From NCBI GenBank assembly GCA_963796685.1, contig CAWCMR010000013.1:288001-352000 (forward strand): a stretch of DNA of 64,000 bases, written 5' to 3'. Position 1 is the first letter of the stretch. Each line of letters opens with the position of its first letter. This stretch comes from an uncultured delta proteobacterium (GTDB lineage Bacteria > Myxococcota_A > Polyangia > Fen-1088). Positions 62,204 through 64,000 of this stretch are shown here, piece after piece. The notes under the pieces were generated by a model. The model made no database searches. It saw only the letters and a list, made by a program, of their open reading frames with translations, and was not told where the DNA came from. The translations under genes and the position numbers were made by a program.

Positions 62204-64000
62204 GACCTTTTCTCGCTGTTCTGGTCTTTGCAGTGTTGGTCGCGACTTGCTCGTCGACCCCGTCGGTCATTCCAACCAGGAACCTCGAACACCCGTCCGA
62301 CATGGCCTTCCTTTGCCTGGAACAGGCTGAGGTGGTCGTCGATGGCCAGGCCCAAACCCGGCTTTCGGGACAGCCCATGGCTGCCTGCCACCAGCGGGAC
62401 CAAGTTGATCCCTCGTCGACGCAGAACGGGCAGCGAACCCTGGGGACCTTTGCCTTCATCGCCAACCCTGGGCGGAACGAGATCGCGGTGGCCGACATGG
62501 ATCGCTCTCGCTTGCTCGATCTGGCGCCCTTCGCGCCTGGCTACGGCATGCTGCCGTCCGGCGGGGACCCCGAGTCCATTGCCGCAAGTCGAGATGGTTG
62601 TTGGGTCGCAACGGCCAATCGAACGAGCTGCGACTTCACGCTCATCGATCCCGCGCGCCTGCTGGAGTCGACCTTCTCCACCAGCTCGGCCACGGCTCAG
62701 CCCGCCACCGGGGCGGGCGATGCCTCCCGGCGCATTGCCGTCAAGACCGCCAGCGGCCGGACCCTTTTCGCTTCGACCGGCGAGATCGCCTTTCTTCCTC
62801 CGTCCTCCGTTCCCACGCCGAACCTTTGTCAGGCCGATGCGACGCCAAGGGCAGTCGCGACTTTTCCCGGCTGCGACATGGTGGCTCTCTTGGACTTCTC
62901 GTTCGAAAACCAAAGTGCCACCATTGCCGGCGCGTATTACATCCGGCCCGACCTACCCGGCGGGTTCGCGGACGCTGGCAACGAGCCTGTTTGCCCGACG
63001 GACTGCGGTGCCCCGGCCGATGCCACCGATAGCGCAGTGGACGTGGGCAACGAATCCGCCGATGGTGGTGCGGGGAGCGCCACGGGCGTGGATGGCGGGG
63101 ACGGCTCGAGTGGCGATTCCTGGTACCTGCAACCCTTGGCCCTCGTACCGGACGGAACGCGGGTCTACGTAGCAAGTTTGCTCGACACGGCGATCACCTC
63201 GCTGGACATCAGCGCGACGGGCTTGGGGAATCCGGCGCGCTTCAGTCTGGCCGAGGATCCCGTCGGGGTGTCCCGCTTGCGTTTGGCGGTCGATCCCTAC
63301 CGCGCCGCCAGCGCCCCGAACGCCGACGGCACCACGGGCGGGCCGTTCTTGCGAAACCGCGGAAAGTTCCTCTATGCGGTCGCGCGCGATGATTCGATTC
63401 GCGTCGTCGACCTGGACCAAGCGACGCCGGTCGAGTGCGACGCGAACATCATCACGACGGATCCGTCCGTGGCCAATCCTGCGACGGGTTGTTTTCCCGT
63501 GGGATCCAAGCCCCGCCGGCCTTTAGCCCAGGGACCTGGCATCCATATCCCGCCCAACGTCTTCAGTACGAATCCGGATAGTCCGCCACCACTTCCGCGC
63601 GACATCTCGTTCGCCGATCTGCAGCCGGCGTCCGCGGATGCCAACTATCAGGCCTTGAGTGGCCAGTTCGGATTCGTGGTCGCATCCAACGGTCAGGTCT
63701 ACGTGCTCAACCTGGCTCCCCTCGGCGAGGGGGCAACGGCCACCCACTCTTTCCGCGAGATTCGCGACGTGGGCCAACCGGCGCGGACGTCACTGGCGAT
63801 TTCCATCGCACCTCAGCGATCGGTCATCATCTCCGATCAGGCCTTTCCCACCACGGCGACCTATTCGGCCCTCGATGGGCCGCATATCAGGTCCTTTTCT
63901 CCGGACAACGGAAAGACAACGGATTGGCTCGACTATCCCGATCCCAACTTCGTCATCTCCAGATCCTGGAATGTGATCTGGGAGGGAGCTTTGCCTTACG
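62200..64000 (+). CDS. large beta-propeller-like lipoprotein (runs off the window)
   Basis: ATG overlaps the upstream TGA; MRPFLAVLVFAVLVATC; frame open to the window end (…WNVIWEGALPY). Absent from the ORF track because it is truncated. Confidence 0.75.
   Translation, partial: MRPFLAVLVFAVLVATCSSTPSVIPTRNLEHPSDMAFLCLEQAEVVVDGQAQTRLSGQPMAACHQRDQVDPSSTQNGQRTLGTFAFIANPGRNEIAVADMDRSRLLDLAPFAPGYGMLPSGGDPESIAASRDGCWVATANRTSCDFTLIDPARLLESTFSTSSATAQPATGAGDASRRIAVKTASGRTLFASTGEIAFLPPSSVPTPNLCQADATPRAVATFPGCDMVALLDFSFENQSATIAGAYYIRPDLPGGFADAGNEPVCPTDCGAPADATDSAVDVGNESADGGAGSATGVDGGDGSSGDSWYLQPLALVPDGTRVYVASLLDTAITSLDISATGLGNPARFSLAEDPVGVSRLRLAVDPYRAASAPNADGTTGGPFLRNRGKFLYAVARDDSIRVVDLDQATPVECDANIITTDPSVANPATGCFPVGSKPRRPLAQGPGIHIPPNVFSTNPDSPPPLPRDISFADLQPASADANYQALSGQFGFVVASNGQVYVLNLAPLGEGATATHSFREIRDVGQPARTSLAISIAPQRSVIISDQAFPTTATYSALDGPHIRSFSPDNGKTTDWLDYPDPNFVISRSWNVIWEGALPY

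Noticed and set aside
62228-63172. 314-aa Arg/Pro-rich ORF in the track
   Set aside because: Off-frame overlap of the real lipoprotein ORF that starts at 62200.

Overview
High-GC (roughly two-thirds G+C by eye, not computed) chromosomal segment, most likely from a Myxococcota (Polyangia-like) bacterium. The inference rests on a Tgl-like TPR lipoprotein, a TIGR04563-like small protein, paired myxobacterial outer-membrane beta-barrels, a MYXO-CTERM-like tail and many Cys-rich lipoproteins. Core genes dominate: prfB (+1 programmed frameshift), lysS, lolC/E-lolD-bamA, folD, queG, gap, hemE, dciA-like, ridA, rpmB, lipB, ftsY, smc, ferredoxin, cmk, rpsA, queE, tgl, recO, glyQS and ppdK. I saw no rRNA, tRNA, CRISPR array, integrase or intact transposase. 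Five single-base frameshifts (smc x2, a hydrolase, recO, ppdK) and a start-less lipB look like assembly indels. The most interesting signals are: (1) a cluster of apparent pseudoenzymes and signalling genes at 26.5-40 kb (degenerate Ddl, a double HARE-HTH/dead-Mrr protein with an RNAP-delta-like layout, a second ATP-grasp ligase, and a 1676-aa kinase-NTPase-TPR-GAF-sigma54 activator with a candidate target promoter right behind it); (2) pervasive leaderless-type promoters; (3) two intergenic clusters of structured repeats, one holding a GxxExxY gene remnant between inverted 8-bp-period repeats; (4) a DnaA-box cluster between prfB and lysS; (5) an FHA-pseudo-CpaF protein; (6) a GlyRS with a ~75-aa insertion. 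All family assignments come from motif recognition by eye; no database search was run.
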